Below are positions 20,261-30,402 of a stretch of 64,000 nt of DNA, in pieces; position 1 is the stretch's first letter, and each line of letters begins with the position of its first letter. The DNA is from an uncultured virus (IMG/VR IMGVR_UViG_3300043108_000047) (taxonomy: Duplodnaviria; Heunggongvirae; Uroviricota; Caudoviricetes): positions 1-64,000 of IMG/VR virus record IMGVR_UViG_3300043108_000047. One strand, written 5' to 3'. The position numbers were made by a program, and so were the translations under genes. The notes beneath the pieces are model-generated. The model saw only the letters and a program-made list of their open reading frames with translations, did no database searches and was not told the origin of the DNA.

Positions 20261-20268
20261 TTAATTTT

Positions 20269-20296
20269 AGAGGGAGCTAATAACTCCCTCTTTTTA
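20269..20296 (+). terminator. intrinsic terminator
   Basis: AGAGGGAG-ctaataa-CTCCCTCT followed by a T run. Confidence 0.75.
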
Positions 20297-20309
20297 ATTT
20301 TATAAAATA

Positions 20310-21104
20310 ATGATTTTAACTGTAAACGAACTATTAAAAGGTAAAGCCACTATCATTAAGGATAAGGAATATTTGAGTACTGAAGCATTTGTAACTCCAT
20401 TTTTAGAAAGAATGTCTAAATTAACTAGTGATTTTAGAGTACAGGCTAAACTTCCAAGTCAAATAAGTCTTACAAAAGATGACGACATGAATCTTGAAGA
20501 TACTGTATTTAATAGAGTATGGGTTCAAGCTGTTCTTCCAGAGGAATATTCTTTTCACAATCATCAAGAAGTAATTGGGATGGTATATGGATTAGATACT
20601 AGAAAACCAGTATTTAAAATATATCGAGGTGCTTTAAATATGGCTTGCTTAAATTTATGCGTATTTGATCCAATATTTTTAAATGTTCAAGAAATTGAAC
20701 CTGAGAAGACTATTAATTATAATGTACTAAATAGTTTATTGGAATATACTTCTGATATAACAGATTGGTTAAATCAATTAACTAATACTGAAGTAGAATA
20801 TAATGAAGAATCCATAAATGAAAATCTGGGATTGTGGGTTAGAAAATCTCTTAGTTGTTCTTATGATACCGGATTTGGTAAAGTAAAATTAGCAGCTAGT
20901 ACTGCAATAGATGCTTACAAATTACTTTATGAGAAAAAAGATTCTCCATATTATGTAAAACCTGGAGAAACCACAAATATGTTTAATGTTTATAATGCTT
21001 TTACCGAGCTTATAACTAATGATGGAACTAAAGGAGAGGGATCTAAAGACATATTAAATAAATGTGAAAAGACCTTGCTGTTGAAGAATATTCTTACTCT
21101 ATAA
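20310..21104 (+). CDS. DUF932-like protein
   Basis: 264 aa; GALNMACLNL and NMFNVYNAFTE resemble DUF932 RxxCxN and xWxxYNAxT motifs. Confidence 0.55.
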   Translation: MILTVNELLKGKATIIKDKEYLSTEAFVTPFLERMSKLTSDFRVQAKLPSQISLTKDDDMNLEDTVFNRVWVQAVLPEEYSFHNHQEVIGMVYGLDTRKPVFKIYRGALNMACLNLCVFDPIFLNVQEIEPEKTINYNVLNSLLEYTSDITDWLNQLTNTEVEYNEESINENLGLWVRKSLSCSYDTGFGKVKLAASTAIDAYKLLYEKKDSPYYVKPGETTNMFNVYNAFTELITNDGTKGEGSKDILNKCEKTLLLKNILTL

Positions 21105-21108
21105 ACAT

Positions 21109-21139
21109 TTTGTTATATGGGAATAATTGTGTATATTTA
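21109..21139 (+). promoter_or_regulatory. promoter-like element upstream of nrdD
   Basis: TTTG(21109)-N19-TATATTTA(21132). Confidence 0.55.
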
Positions 21140-21164
21140 TCAATTAACCCTAAAATAAATAATA

Positions 21165-22376
21165 ATGAAAGTAACAAAAAGAAACGGTGAGCCCGCTGAG
21201 TTTAATAGAAGTAAAATTGTAAATGCAGTTTCAGCAGCATTTAAAGAATGTGGGTACGAAAGTATCCCTAAAACTATTGAGGAAATTGTAGATGAAGTCC
21301 AGATTTGGGATAATATCAGTATTGAAGATATACAAGATCAAGTTGAAGAACTTTTAATGGATTATGGATATTCAGATGTAGCTAAAGCTTATATTCTTTA
21401 TAGAGAAGAACGTAAGATGATCCGTGCTGAAAAAGATAAACTCATTAAAGGTATTAAATCTAAACTTGAAGCTTCTAATGTAAAAAATCAAAATGCTAAT
21501 ATTGATGAGCATTCATTTGGTGGACGTATTGGCGAAGCAGGTAGAGTTGTAACTAAAGATTATGCTCTTAATTATTGTATGTCTGAAATGGCTAAGCATA
21601 ATCATGAAAATAATGAAATATACATTCATGATTTGGATTCTTACGCTGTAGGGATGCACAACTGTTTGAGCATACCAGTAGATGACTTACTTGCTAACGG
21701 GTTTAAGCTAAAGCAAACTGATGTTAGACCTGCTAAGAGTATTAATACAGCATTTCAATTATTAGCTGTAATATTCCAAGTACAAAGTTTACAACAATTT
21801 GGTGGTGTATCTGCAACTCATTTAGATTGGACTATGGTTCCCTATGTAAGACTATCTTTTAATAAGCATTATAGAACTGGATTGAAGTATATTGATCACA
21901 TTCGTAATGAAAAATACGATCAAACAGATTTGTCTATAGAAGATAGTTTGTATAAAGAACATCCTAATTCTTATGAATATGCTTTGGATATGACTAAACG
22001 AGAAATTCATCAAGCTGTTGAAGGTATGTATCATAATTTAAATACTCTACAAAGTAGAAGTGGTAATCAATTACCTTTTACTTCTATTAATTATGGTACT
22101 TGTACACAACCTGAAGGACGTCTTATTAGTCTAGCTTTACTTGAAGTAAGTAAGAATGGTATTGGTAGCCATCATAGCACTCCGATTTTTCCGTGCTGTA
22201 TCGTTCAATTAATGAAAGGTGTTAATCGAAAACCTGGAGATCCGAATTATGATATATTCCAAGAAGCTACTAAGGTTACGAGTCTTAGGTTATACCCTAA
22301 TTATGCCAATGTAGATTGGTCTGGTAATGAAGGGTATGATATAAACGATCCTCGCACTTATTTCAGTACAATGGGT
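21165..22376 (+). CDS. nrdD: anaerobic (class III) ribonucleotide reductase, exon 1
   Basis: ATP cone (VTKRNG), IHDLDSY...HNC, QSRSGNQLPFTS, PIFP; ends at TMG. Confidence 0.95.
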
Positions 22377-22669
22377 AAGTGAAAACTGCAGCCCATTTAA
22401 AATCTCTTTAACCCTGCTTAAGGGGTGTTTCTATTTAAGCGTAGAAGCTAACGGTTAGGTCTTATTATATAATTGCAGTGTAAATAATAAGATGAGACCG
22501 TGCTAATGTACTTATAGTTATATTAGTACAGAATGTGTATCGACTAAGGGTGATGAGTGTAGCCCTGTAGGATCGGAGATAAGCACCGATTCCAAACAAG
22601 AGACAACTCTTTGTTGTGAAACAAGGAATGAACATATAGTCAGTTCCGATGGTGACATTGGGTAAAATG
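22377..22669 (+). mobile_element. group I intron (ORF-less) in nrdD
   Basis: P1 ATGGGT|.../GCCCAT; P10 CTGCA/TGTAG; R tatcgactaa, S aacatatagtca; terminal G at 22669; splicing restores MG|CRT. Confidence 0.92.
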
Positions 22670-23662
22670 TGTAGAACTGCGAATGGCTGGGATATTAATG
22701 GTTTTGGTCAACTTAAAGATGGTAGAGGTAATATCTGTCCTGTTACAATCATACTTCCTACACTTGCAATGAATTCTAAACTGCAAGCTATATCTAATAT
22801 GGATAATGCAGATGTAAATATCAAGGATTTAGTATGGAATAAATTTATTGAATTGTTGGATACTAAGATTCATGAAGCAAAAGATATGCTAATTGAACGA
22901 TTTGATTGGATATGTAGTCAAGATGCTGCATCCGCTAAGTTTATGTATCAAAATAATGTAATGTATGGATATAAACCTGAAGAAGGTATCCGTTCAGCAT
23001 TAAAACATGGTACTTTAGCTATTGGTCAATTAGGATTATCAGAAGCTTTGAGAATTATTTTCGGTAAAGACCACACTGATTCAGAAATTATGGATAAAGC
23101 TAAAGAATTAGAAGCTCTCTTTAAGAAGAGATGTAGTGAATTCAAAGAAGCTTATAAACTTAATTTTGGTGTTTACTATACTCCTGCTGAAAATCTGTGT
23201 TATACAGCAATGCAGAAATTTAAGAAGCAATTTGGCGAAGTTCCAGGAATTACAGAACGTGAGTTCTTTACTAATAGTATGCACGTACCTGTATGGCATG
23301 AATGCACTCCATTTGAGAAAATTGAAATTGAATCACAGCTTACTGGTTTCAGTAGTGCAGGTTGTATAACTTATGTTGAATTACCTGCTTCTACTAAGCA
23401 TAATCCAGAAGCTATTGAAGAGATTGTTAATTATGCAATGGATCATGATATTCCATACTTTGCCATTAATGTACCAAATGATTCTTGTCAAGACTGTGGT
23501 TATATTGATGAATTGAATGATACTTGTCCTATGTGCGGTAGTAAAAATATCAAACGATTACGTCGTGTAACAGGCTACCTTACCGGAGACTACAAGACGT
23601 CATTTAACGTTGGTAAGCAACAGGAGGTCGAACAACGAGTTAAACATATAAAAGAATTATAA
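22670..23662 (+). CDS. nrdD: class III ribonucleotide reductase, exon 2
   Basis: CRT (thiyl Cys), GRGN, TPAENL, CxxC...CxxC zinc ribbon, RRVTGYL glycyl radical loop; spliced length 734 aa. Confidence 0.95.
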   Translation, partial: CRTANGWDINGFGQLKDGRGNICPVTIILPTLAMNSKLQAISNMDNADVNIKDLVWNKFIELLDTKIHEAKDMLIERFDWICSQDAASAKFMYQNNVMYGYKPEEGIRSALKHGTLAIGQLGLSEALRIIFGKDHTDSEIMDKAKELEALFKKRCSEFKEAYKLNFGVYYTPAENLCYTAMQKFKKQFGEVPGITEREFFTNSMHVPVWHECTPFEKIEIESQLTGFSSAGCITYVELPASTKHNPEAIEEIVNYAMDHDIPYFAINVPNDSCQDCGYIDELNDTCPMCGSKNIKRLRRVTGYLTGDYKTSFNVGKQQEVEQRVKHIKEL

Positions 23663-23664
23663 AA

Positions 23665-23844
23665 ATGACTAAACTTACTTTACAGGTAGAAAATACAATT
23701 TTTTCTTGGGAAACAAATTGTAATGATTGTTCTGTTGGAGAAATATTGCAAGGATTGCATGGTTTAATGGTGGGGCATTCATTTTGTTCTGAAACGGTGC
23801 TAAAAGGTATGCGAAATTATGTAGAAGAGAATGAACTATCTTAA
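23665..23844 (+). CDS. hypothetical protein (59 aa)
   Basis: MTKLTLQVENTIFSWETNC...EENELS*; lies between nrdD and nrdG. Confidence 0.6.
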   Translation: MTKLTLQVENTIFSWETNCNDCSVGEILQGLHGLMVGHSFCSETVLKGMRNYVEENELS

Positions 23845-24343
23845 AATAACTTATCCTGATATTAATAACGGATGCGGATGTCGAGTAACTCTTTGGGTTG
23901 CTGGGTGTCCGCATCATTGTATAGGGTGTCATAATCCAGAATCGTGGATTGAAAATAATGGAAAACCTTTTACAGAAGAAACTAAGAAGCAATTATTTAA
24001 AATTCTTGAATTACCTTATATTAAAGGTATAACATTTTCTGGTGGAGAACCTATAAAACTCGATAATTCTAAATATGCACAAGAGTTAGAAAATCTTATA
24101 CTTGAGATAAGAGAAAAATTTCCAACTAAAGATATTTGGATTTACACAGGATATACAATAGAACAGATTCTTAAAAACTTTAATTGGCATACAGTATTGT
24201 GTAATATAGATATTTTAATAGATGGGGAATTTTATTTAGAAGATAGAGATGTATCATTACCTTTTAGAGGTTCAAGCAATCAAAGAATTATAGATGTTAA
24301 AGAATCTTTAGCACAATATCATTTAGTATTAAAGAAATATTAA
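23831..24343 (+). CDS. nrdG: anaerobic RNR activase (radical SAM)
   Basis: GCPHHCIGCHNP (CxxxCxxC), SGGEP, FRGSSNQR. Confidence 0.95.
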   Translation: MNYLKITYPDINNGCGCRVTLWVAGCPHHCIGCHNPESWIENNGKPFTEETKKQLFKILELPYIKGITFSGGEPIKLDNSKYAQELENLILEIREKFPTKDIWIYTGYTIEQILKNFNWHTVLCNIDILIDGEFYLEDRDVSLPFRGSSNQRIIDVKESLAQYHLVLKKY

Positions 24344-24346
24344 TAT

Positions 24347-24604
24347 ATGGATATATTTATTGTTTATAATGATGAATCTACAATAAAGAGAATAGACGGT
24401 ACTTTTAAAGTATCTCCTTTCTTTCATTTTATAGATGATCAAACTAGATATGGCAAGAAGGAAGCTTGGAAATTAAAAGGTAGTTTTGGAGCTAGATTAA
24501 CTCCATTTGTAGCAATATTTGAGAATGATAAACCCATTAAGGCGTTTTATTCAGAAACTGGGGAAGATGTAATTAAATCTTTAATTAATTATTTAAATCA
24601 ATGA
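24347..24604 (+). CDS. thioredoxin-fold-like protein lacking CxxC
   Basis: AWKLKGSFGARLTPFVAIFENDKPIKAFYSE. Confidence 0.55.
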   Translation: MDIFIVYNDESTIKRIDGTFKVSPFFHFIDDQTRYGKKEAWKLKGSFGARLTPFVAIFENDKPIKAFYSETGEDVIKSLINYLNQ

Positions 24605-24807
24605 TAGTAGTTTTAGGAGACATACACGGCAGAACTATATGGAAGAAAATTCTAGAAATAGAGCATCCAGATAAGGTAATATTTCTTGGAGATTATGTAA
24701 CTACCCATTATGGTATTTCATCAGAAACACAAATAGAAAATTTAAAAGAGATCCTAACATATAAAGAAAATAATCCTGACAAAGTAATACTTCTACGAGG
24801 AAACCAT
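24601..24807 (+). CDS. metallophosphoesterase, exon 1
   Basis: GDIHG, LGDYV, RGNH; spliced GNH|D, 227 aa. Confidence 0.85.
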
Positions 24808-24834
24808 AAAATTAACAAATTTTAAAAATTTTTA

Positions 24835-24866
24835 ATTGGCAATCTGAGGTAATCATATTATATTTG
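24835..24866 (+). promoter_or_regulatory. Bacteroidetes-type promoter for intron endonuclease
   Basis: ATTG(24835)-N20-TATATTTG(24859). Confidence 0.6.
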
Positions 24867-24888
24867 TAATAATAAAATTCAAATATAT

Positions 24889-25797
24889 ATGAGTACTAGA
24901 AAATACTATTTTAATGAAAATTATTTTAATGAGTTAAAAACTCATGAACAAGCATATATATTAGGCTTTATATATGCAGATGGGTATAATCGAGAAGATT
25001 GTCTAGAATTAGATCAATTAGGTGAAAGAATTGATATATTAGAAAAAATTAATAAAGCATTAAATTCCGAATATCCTATAAAGAGTTACAGTCCCAATAT
25101 TTATAGACTTACTTTTAATAGTGTAAAATTATGTTCCGATTTGATAAAACTAGGAGCAATCCGCAATAAATCTTTAACTCTTACTTTTCCAACTTTTATT
25201 CCTATTGAATTAATGTCTTCTTTTATTTTAGGATATTTTGACGGGGATGGTTGTGTTTGGAACGGTAAACGTAAAGTAATGACTGTAAAAAATGAAAAGA
25301 AGCCTGGAGAATATAGAAATAGAATAGTTCATAATGTAAAATTTACTTTTACTGGCAATTCTGAATTTATAAGTTCTTTACAGGATTTTTTAATTCAACA
25401 GGGTATTGTTTCTAAAAAAACTAAATTAAATTTTAGTAAAGCGAAGAATCCTAACACTCCTACGTGTGATAAAGTTTGCACAATGGAATATTCTGGTAGA
25501 AAACAAATGCGAAATTTGTATGAATATATGTATTCTAAATCACCTATTTGGTGTAATGAAAAAAAATTAAAATTTGAACAAATATTTTGTGCGTCTAAGG
25601 AGAAATCCTTAGAGGACACCTCGTTAATTGCTGGAACGTCTGAGATGATAATCAGCAGCCAAGCTTCAGATAATATATCTGTTGAAGGTTCATCGACTAT
25701 CCCTGAAATGGGAGTAGAATCAAGTGATTCGAAATGCGAGGCTCCTAACTCTGTAAAAGAGAAGGATGAAGATATAGTCAGTTCTGCAACAAAATGA
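24889..25797 (+). CDS. double-motif LAGLIDADG homing endonuclease
   Basis: AYILGFIYADGY and SFILGYFDGDGC; last ~70 codons overlap the ribozyme core. Confidence 0.92.
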   Translation: MSTRKYYFNENYFNELKTHEQAYILGFIYADGYNREDCLELDQLGERIDILEKINKALNSEYPIKSYSPNIYRLTFNSVKLCSDLIKLGAIRNKSLTLTFPTFIPIELMSSFILGYFDGDGCVWNGKRKVMTVKNEKKPGEYRNRIVHNVKFTFTGNSEFISSLQDFLIQQGIVSKKTKLNFSKAKNPNTPTCDKVCTMEYSGRKQMRNLYEYMYSKSPIWCNEKKLKFEQIFCASKEKSLEDTSLIAGTSEMIISSQASDNISVEGSSTIPEMGVESSDSKCEAPNSVKEKDEDIVSSATK

Positions 25798-25849
25798 AGT
25801 TGCAGCGTTAAAATTGGGATTAATTTAACGAATTAATCTAAACAAAAAG

Positions 25850-26326
25850 GATAATCAAGAACTTGGATATAGTTGGGGTGAATGTTCTGGATATGATTCA
25901 TATGTAGCTAAACATATGACTGCTATGAAGGATAGATTTCTAGAAGATACTCAATGGATACATATTGAAAATAATATAATCTTTTCACATGCTGGAGTTT
26001 CTAAGGTTTGGTTAGAACAAAGTGCTAAAGTTAAGCTAGAGGATGTTAATAAATTACCCCCTTCAGAAATATTTGGATTTATTCCTGATAATCGCTATGA
26101 TTTCTGTGGAGAATCAGTAACACAATCTATTACTTGGATTCGACCCACTAAGTTAATATCATGTAATATAGATGGATATGATCAAGTAATTGGTCATAGT
26201 CCTGTAGAAGAAATTACAAGCATGGTAGCAGATAATGGACAATTAATTTATGCGTGTGATTGTCTCGAAAACAAACAGTATTTAGTTATTGATAATAATA
26301 AATTTATTCCTAAAAGTATTTTATAA
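25850..26326 (+). CDS. metallophosphoesterase, exon 2
   Basis: DNQELGYSWGECSGY...FSHAG...WIRP...QVIGHSP. Confidence 0.85.
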   Translation, partial: DNQELGYSWGECSGYDSYVAKHMTAMKDRFLEDTQWIHIENNIIFSHAGVSKVWLEQSAKVKLEDVNKLPPSEIFGFIPDNRYDFCGESVTQSITWIRPTKLISCNIDGYDQVIGHSPVEEITSMVADNGQLIYACDCLENKQYLVIDNNKFIPKSIL

Positions 26327-26328
26327 TT

Positions 26329-26838
26329 ATGACAACAGTAAATGTAATTAATATTTCAAATAATAATCTTCCTAAGTATGAAACTTCTCAATCAGCTGGT
26401 ATGGATGTACGTGCTGATTTTAGTAGAATAACTCCTCAAAATCCTATTAAGCTTTATGGGGAGGGAGAGATAATTTTTAAAGGAGATGCGCATAAAATGA
26501 CTATGTTAAGACTAGAACCTGGTTCTAGAGCATTAATTCCAACTGGTTTATTTACTGCTATTCCCGAAGGTTATGAAATACAAGTAAGACCTCGTTCTGG
26601 GCTATCTTTAAAAGAAGGACTCACGTGTGCTAACTGCGTGGGGACTGTGGACAGCGATTATCGTAGCGAAATAGGTGTTATATTAATAAATCTAGGTACT
26701 GAAACTGCTTGGATTGAAGACGGTGAAAGAATAGCACAATTTGTACTAAATAAAGTAGAACAAATTAATTGGAATCAAGTAGATTCTCTAGATGAAACTT
26801 CTCGTAAAGGAGGTTTTGGACATACTGGAACTAAGTAA
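26329..26838 (+). CDS. dut: trimeric dUTPase
   Basis: AGMDV, RPRSGL, GTVDSDYRSEI, GERIAQ, RKGGFGHTG. Confidence 0.95.
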   Translation: MTTVNVINISNNNLPKYETSQSAGMDVRADFSRITPQNPIKLYGEGEIIFKGDAHKMTMLRLEPGSRALIPTGLFTAIPEGYEIQVRPRSGLSLKEGLTCANCVGTVDSDYRSEIGVILINLGTETAWIEDGERIAQFVLNKVEQINWNQVDSLDETSRKGGFGHTGTK

Positions 26839-26839
26839 T

Positions 26840-27043
26840 ATGACAGCAGAAGATTTCTTTTACCAATTTATACATTCTACTGGTCAACATTTTAATTCTA
26901 AAGATAAAGATTATATACTTGATACTATTAGTTTTTATCTTAGAGATGAAGATGTTGAAAATTATTTATTAGAATGTATAATTGCTAACCATAATTTTAA
27001 GTATCATAAAGTAAATAAAAATATTAAAAGTTACGATTGGTGA
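26840..27043 (+). CDS. hypothetical protein
   Basis: ATG 26840, in frame with track ORF 26792..27043. Confidence 0.6.
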   Translation: MTAEDFFYQFIHSTGQHFNSKDKDYILDTISFYLRDEDVENYLLECIIANHNFKYHKVNKNIKSYDW

Positions 27044-27342
27044 TAACTAAAGAAGAATTAAAAAGTTTACTAGAAACACATACAGAACTAGTAAATGAAT
27101 TGGATAAAATTTCTGATACTCTTAATATCTGTATATATGAGAATAAAGCAGTAGATGCCGCTTTAAAAATATTTGATAAAGCCTTAAAAGTAATATTTAA
27201 TGATGAAGGTTTAGATACTTTATATTGGTGGCTTTATGAAAAGAAAGAAAATCCAGATCTAAAAATGTGGTGTGATGGAGAAGAATTACCTACAGAAACT
27301 ATAGATGATATATGGGAATTAATAGAAGACTGTCGTAAATAA
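27037..27342 (+). CDS. hypothetical protein
   Basis: ~100-aa ORF with DTLYWWLYEK motif. Confidence 0.7.
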   Translation: MVITKEELKSLLETHTELVNELDKISDTLNICIYENKAVDAALKIFDKALKVIFNDEGLDTLYWWLYEKKENPDLKMWCDGEELPTETIDDIWELIEDCRK

Positions 27343-28545
27343 ATGCTTAAGAAATATCTTTTAGGAAAATCTTCTACTGGTAAATTCAGATATGCGGTAG
27401 TAGAATGTAGTGAGGAATGGGAAGATACTGGATATGTTATCCAAAGAAGCTATGGTCAGGTTCGGGGAAAGAATACTCTTTCCCCAGCCATTGTAGTTTC
27501 TCAAACTAAACAGAAAAGAAATTGGAAAGAACAATATACTTTACAATTTAATTCTGAAGTAAAGAAATTCTTGGATAAAGGATATAAAGAAGTAGAAAAA
27601 CATCCTAACGAGTATACTGATGAAGAATTAAATGAAATATATGGAGATGTTAAAACTAGAGGAGATGGTATAATTAAGCCTATGCTAGCCAAGCAAGCAG
27701 ATAAAGTGTCTGCCAAAACTTTTGATAAAGACTATTATGGGTCGCGAAAAGTAAATGGAGTTAGATGTTTAATTTATTATAAAGATGGTAAAATTCAAAC
27801 AGCTTCCAGAGGTGCTGTAAATTATAATATAGCTATTATTCATATTATTCAGCATCCTTTGGTAGAAGAATTCTTTAAAAATCATCCAGAAGCTATTTTA
27901 GATGGAGAAATCTTTAAAATGGGATACACTCTTAATAAAATTAGTGGTATATGTAGAAGCCAATCTACTGTAAATGATGGTAAAGATTTAGAGTTTTATT
28001 GGTACGATATAGTCGATCTGGAGAAGCCTTTTACTGAAAGGTACAAACTTATGCAAGAGTGGTCAAAAGAGCTCCAGCTGTCTGAATTTGACCCATATAG
28101 GCATTATTCTGAGGACATACTGCATATCCAATTTTTACCACAAGTAGAAATTACAGGATATGATAATATGAAAAAATTACATGATTCCTATGTAGCAGAA
28201 GGATGGGAGGGCTTAGTTATACGATTAGCTTCTTCTACTTATAAACCAGGAGCCAGAGGAAATGATTGGATCAAAATAAAATGCTATTTTGATGATACTT
28301 ATAAAGTTATAGGATATGAACTTGGTCTTAGAGGTTCTGAAGATATGGTATTTATTTGTGAAATGAAAGATGGTAAAACTTTTAAAGCTTCTCCAATGGG
28401 ATCTAGAGAAATTAAACAAGAATATGTAGATAATTTTGAAGAAAAATATAAAAATCAATTAGGAGATTGTAAATATTTTGAAATATCCCCATACGGTATT
28501 CCTCAGCAACCTAAATTTATAGCATTTCGTTGGGATTTAAACTAA
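27343..28545 (+). CDS. ATP-dependent DNA ligase
   Basis: KPMLA, KVNGVR (motif I), LDGE, WYD, EGLVIR, WIKIK. Confidence 0.92.
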   Translation: MLKKYLLGKSSTGKFRYAVVECSEEWEDTGYVIQRSYGQVRGKNTLSPAIVVSQTKQKRNWKEQYTLQFNSEVKKFLDKGYKEVEKHPNEYTDEELNEIYGDVKTRGDGIIKPMLAKQADKVSAKTFDKDYYGSRKVNGVRCLIYYKDGKIQTASRGAVNYNIAIIHIIQHPLVEEFFKNHPEAILDGEIFKMGYTLNKISGICRSQSTVNDGKDLEFYWYDIVDLEKPFTERYKLMQEWSKELQLSEFDPYRHYSEDILHIQFLPQVEITGYDNMKKLHDSYVAEGWEGLVIRLASSTYKPGARGNDWIKIKCYFDDTYKVIGYELGLRGSEDMVFICEMKDGKTFKASPMGSREIKQEYVDNFEEKYKNQLGDCKYFEISPYGIPQQPKFIAFRWDLN

Positions 28546-28568
28546 TATTATTATTTATAAAAATTTTA

Positions 28569-28600
28569 TTTGATGGATAATTAAAAATTCAATATCTTTA
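28569..28600 (+). promoter_or_regulatory. promoter-like element for free-standing endonuclease
   Basis: TTTG(28569)-N20-TATCTTTA(28593). Confidence 0.55.
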
Positions 28601-28635
28601 CACATGAAGAGTAATAATGTATTAAATAAAATATT

Positions 28636-29829
28636 ATGAATAAAGAAGAAAAATTAGTTAAATTTTTGTAGAAGGCTAATGAAAAGTTTCCACAATTTGA
28701 TTATTCAAAAGTGGAGCCTTTTTCAAATCAGGAAAAAAATTATGTTACGATTGTTTGTAAAGATCATGGTGAGTTTAGAACTACCCCAAGAACATTTTTA
28801 GATGGAAAATATGGATGTCCTACCTGTGCTAGATTTTTAAAAGGGAGAAATAGTAAAAGTGATTTAAATAATATTGTTACAAATTCTTTACCAGATATGT
28901 TAATTATTGAATCTCCCATAATTGTATTAAAAGAAAAAATTATAGGAACAGTTTACTGTTTTATAAATACTATTAATAATAAATTATATATAGGAGAAAC
29001 AGTAAAATCTAATTATGAGGAACGTTTCAGTGAGCATAGAAATAAAGCAGAAAAAGGTAATAATTATTTTTACAAAGCTATAAGAAAGTATGGCTGGGAT
29101 AAATTTGATAAAGTAATATTGTTTCAAACAGACGTTCTAGATAATACGCCGGAGAACAAAAAATTATTGAATGATATTGTTAACGAAAAAGAAATATATT
29201 ATATTAATAAATATAAAACTTCTGATCATAAATTTGGTTATAATTTAACTAATGGAGGTGATGGAATTGTTGGCTATAAGCATTCAGAAAAAACTCTAAA
29301 AACTTTATCAGAAACTCATTCTGGAGAAAAACATTGGAAATATGGCAAAAATAATTATGGAGGTTGCGCAATTTTACAATTTGATCTTGATTTTAATTTA
29401 ATTAAAGAATGGGACAGTATGAAAGAAATAGAGCGTTAGATGGATTATAAAAGTAATAATATATCTAGATGTTGTAATAATAAAATAGATACTTATAAAG
29501 GTTACATATGGGTTAAGAAAGATTTATATTATGAAGGGTACCTACAAAAATATAAATCTAGGGCAAAATGTAAATCAAATGATAAATCCGTATTGCAATA
29601 CGATTTTCTCGGAAATTTTATATCTAAATATATTAGTTGTGCTGAAGCCGGAAAAGCACTTGGTAAAATTACAGTAAGTAGTGCTGCCTCAGGTAGAGAT
29701 GCTCAATTATATGGTTACATTTGGATATACGAAACAGATTTTTCAGAAAAATTACTCACCGAAAAATTAGAAAAAGTAAAAAGTACTAAAAAATATAAAA
29801 CCTTTATGGAACAGATTAATAATTGTTAA
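28636..29829 (+). CDS. free-standing GIY-YIG homing endonuclease (Zn ribbon + GIY-YIG + NUMOD3 + 2x NUMOD1) with two in-frame TAG
   Basis: One 397-aa frame if TAG 28669 and TAG 29437 read as Gln; CKDHG...GCPTC, GTVYCF...LYIGET, GYNL, EIER(Q)MDYKSNNISRCC. Confidence 0.85.
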
Positions 29830-29845
29830 ATAGCCATTAGAGACT

Positions 29846-30103
29846 ATGAATGAGATTTTAATAAAGAAATATGAAAAGTTAATTGACAATTTAAATTTAG
29901 AAAAAGTAGTTCTGGCAAGTGCTCTTGAAAATAATAATATTATTACTTTAAATATTATGGGAGGATTGCACGGAAAAGGAACTTGGACACTGTATATTAA
30001 ACAGTTAGAGACTATTATTAAAAAGTTTGATAATTCATATGTCATTTCTTTAGATTACGATGAAGAAATTGATATATGGAATTTAATTTTAGGTATTAAA
30101 TGA
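29846..30103 (+). CDS. hypothetical protein
   Basis: 85-aa ORF. Confidence 0.7.
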   Translation: MNEILIKKYEKLIDNLNLEKVVLASALENNNIITLNIMGGLHGKGTWTLYIKQLETIIKKFDNSYVISLDYDEEIDIWNLILGIK

Positions 30104-30402
30104 TAATTCCTAGTAAATTTATTATACATGGGCACACTGTTACTGTAAATATAGTAGAGTTTTGTGATGACCCAGGTGAATTTGGGTGCTATAATTCAGT
30201 TCTAGAGGAAATTACAATTGCTACTAAAGTACTTGAAGGTACTAAGGCGATAGAACTTAAACAATATCAAATAGAGCATACATTCGTTCACGAACTTCTG
30301 CATTGCTTTCAATTTCATATAAGAGGTTCCTACGATGAAAGCGAAGCTCAATCTTATGCTGGATTATTTTTAGAATTTTTAAATACCAAAGAAAATGTTT
30401 GA
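30100..30402 (+). CDS. small zincin-like metallopeptidase
   Basis: HTFVHELLH (HExxH) with downstream E (DESEA). Confidence 0.65.
   Translation: MIIPSKFIIHGHTVTVNIVEFCDDPGEFGCYNSVLEEITIATKVLEGTKAIELKQYQIEHTFVHELLHCFQFHIRGSYDESEAQSYAGLFLEFLNTKENV

Larger units (their letters stand above)
24808..25849 (+). mobile_element. group I intron with LAGLIDADG endonuclease in P1 loop
   Basis: CCAT|AAAAT pairs with ATTTTGTGCGT (25584-25594); P aattgctggaa, Q aatcagcagcc, R tcatcgacta, S aagatatagtc; terminal G at 25849. Confidence 0.9.

Noticed and set aside
22649..22669. Independent starts for downstream halves (22649, 34381, 3796, 12714, 25916)
   Set aside because: These are second exons; the apparent starts lie in intron P9 sequence or are internal codons.
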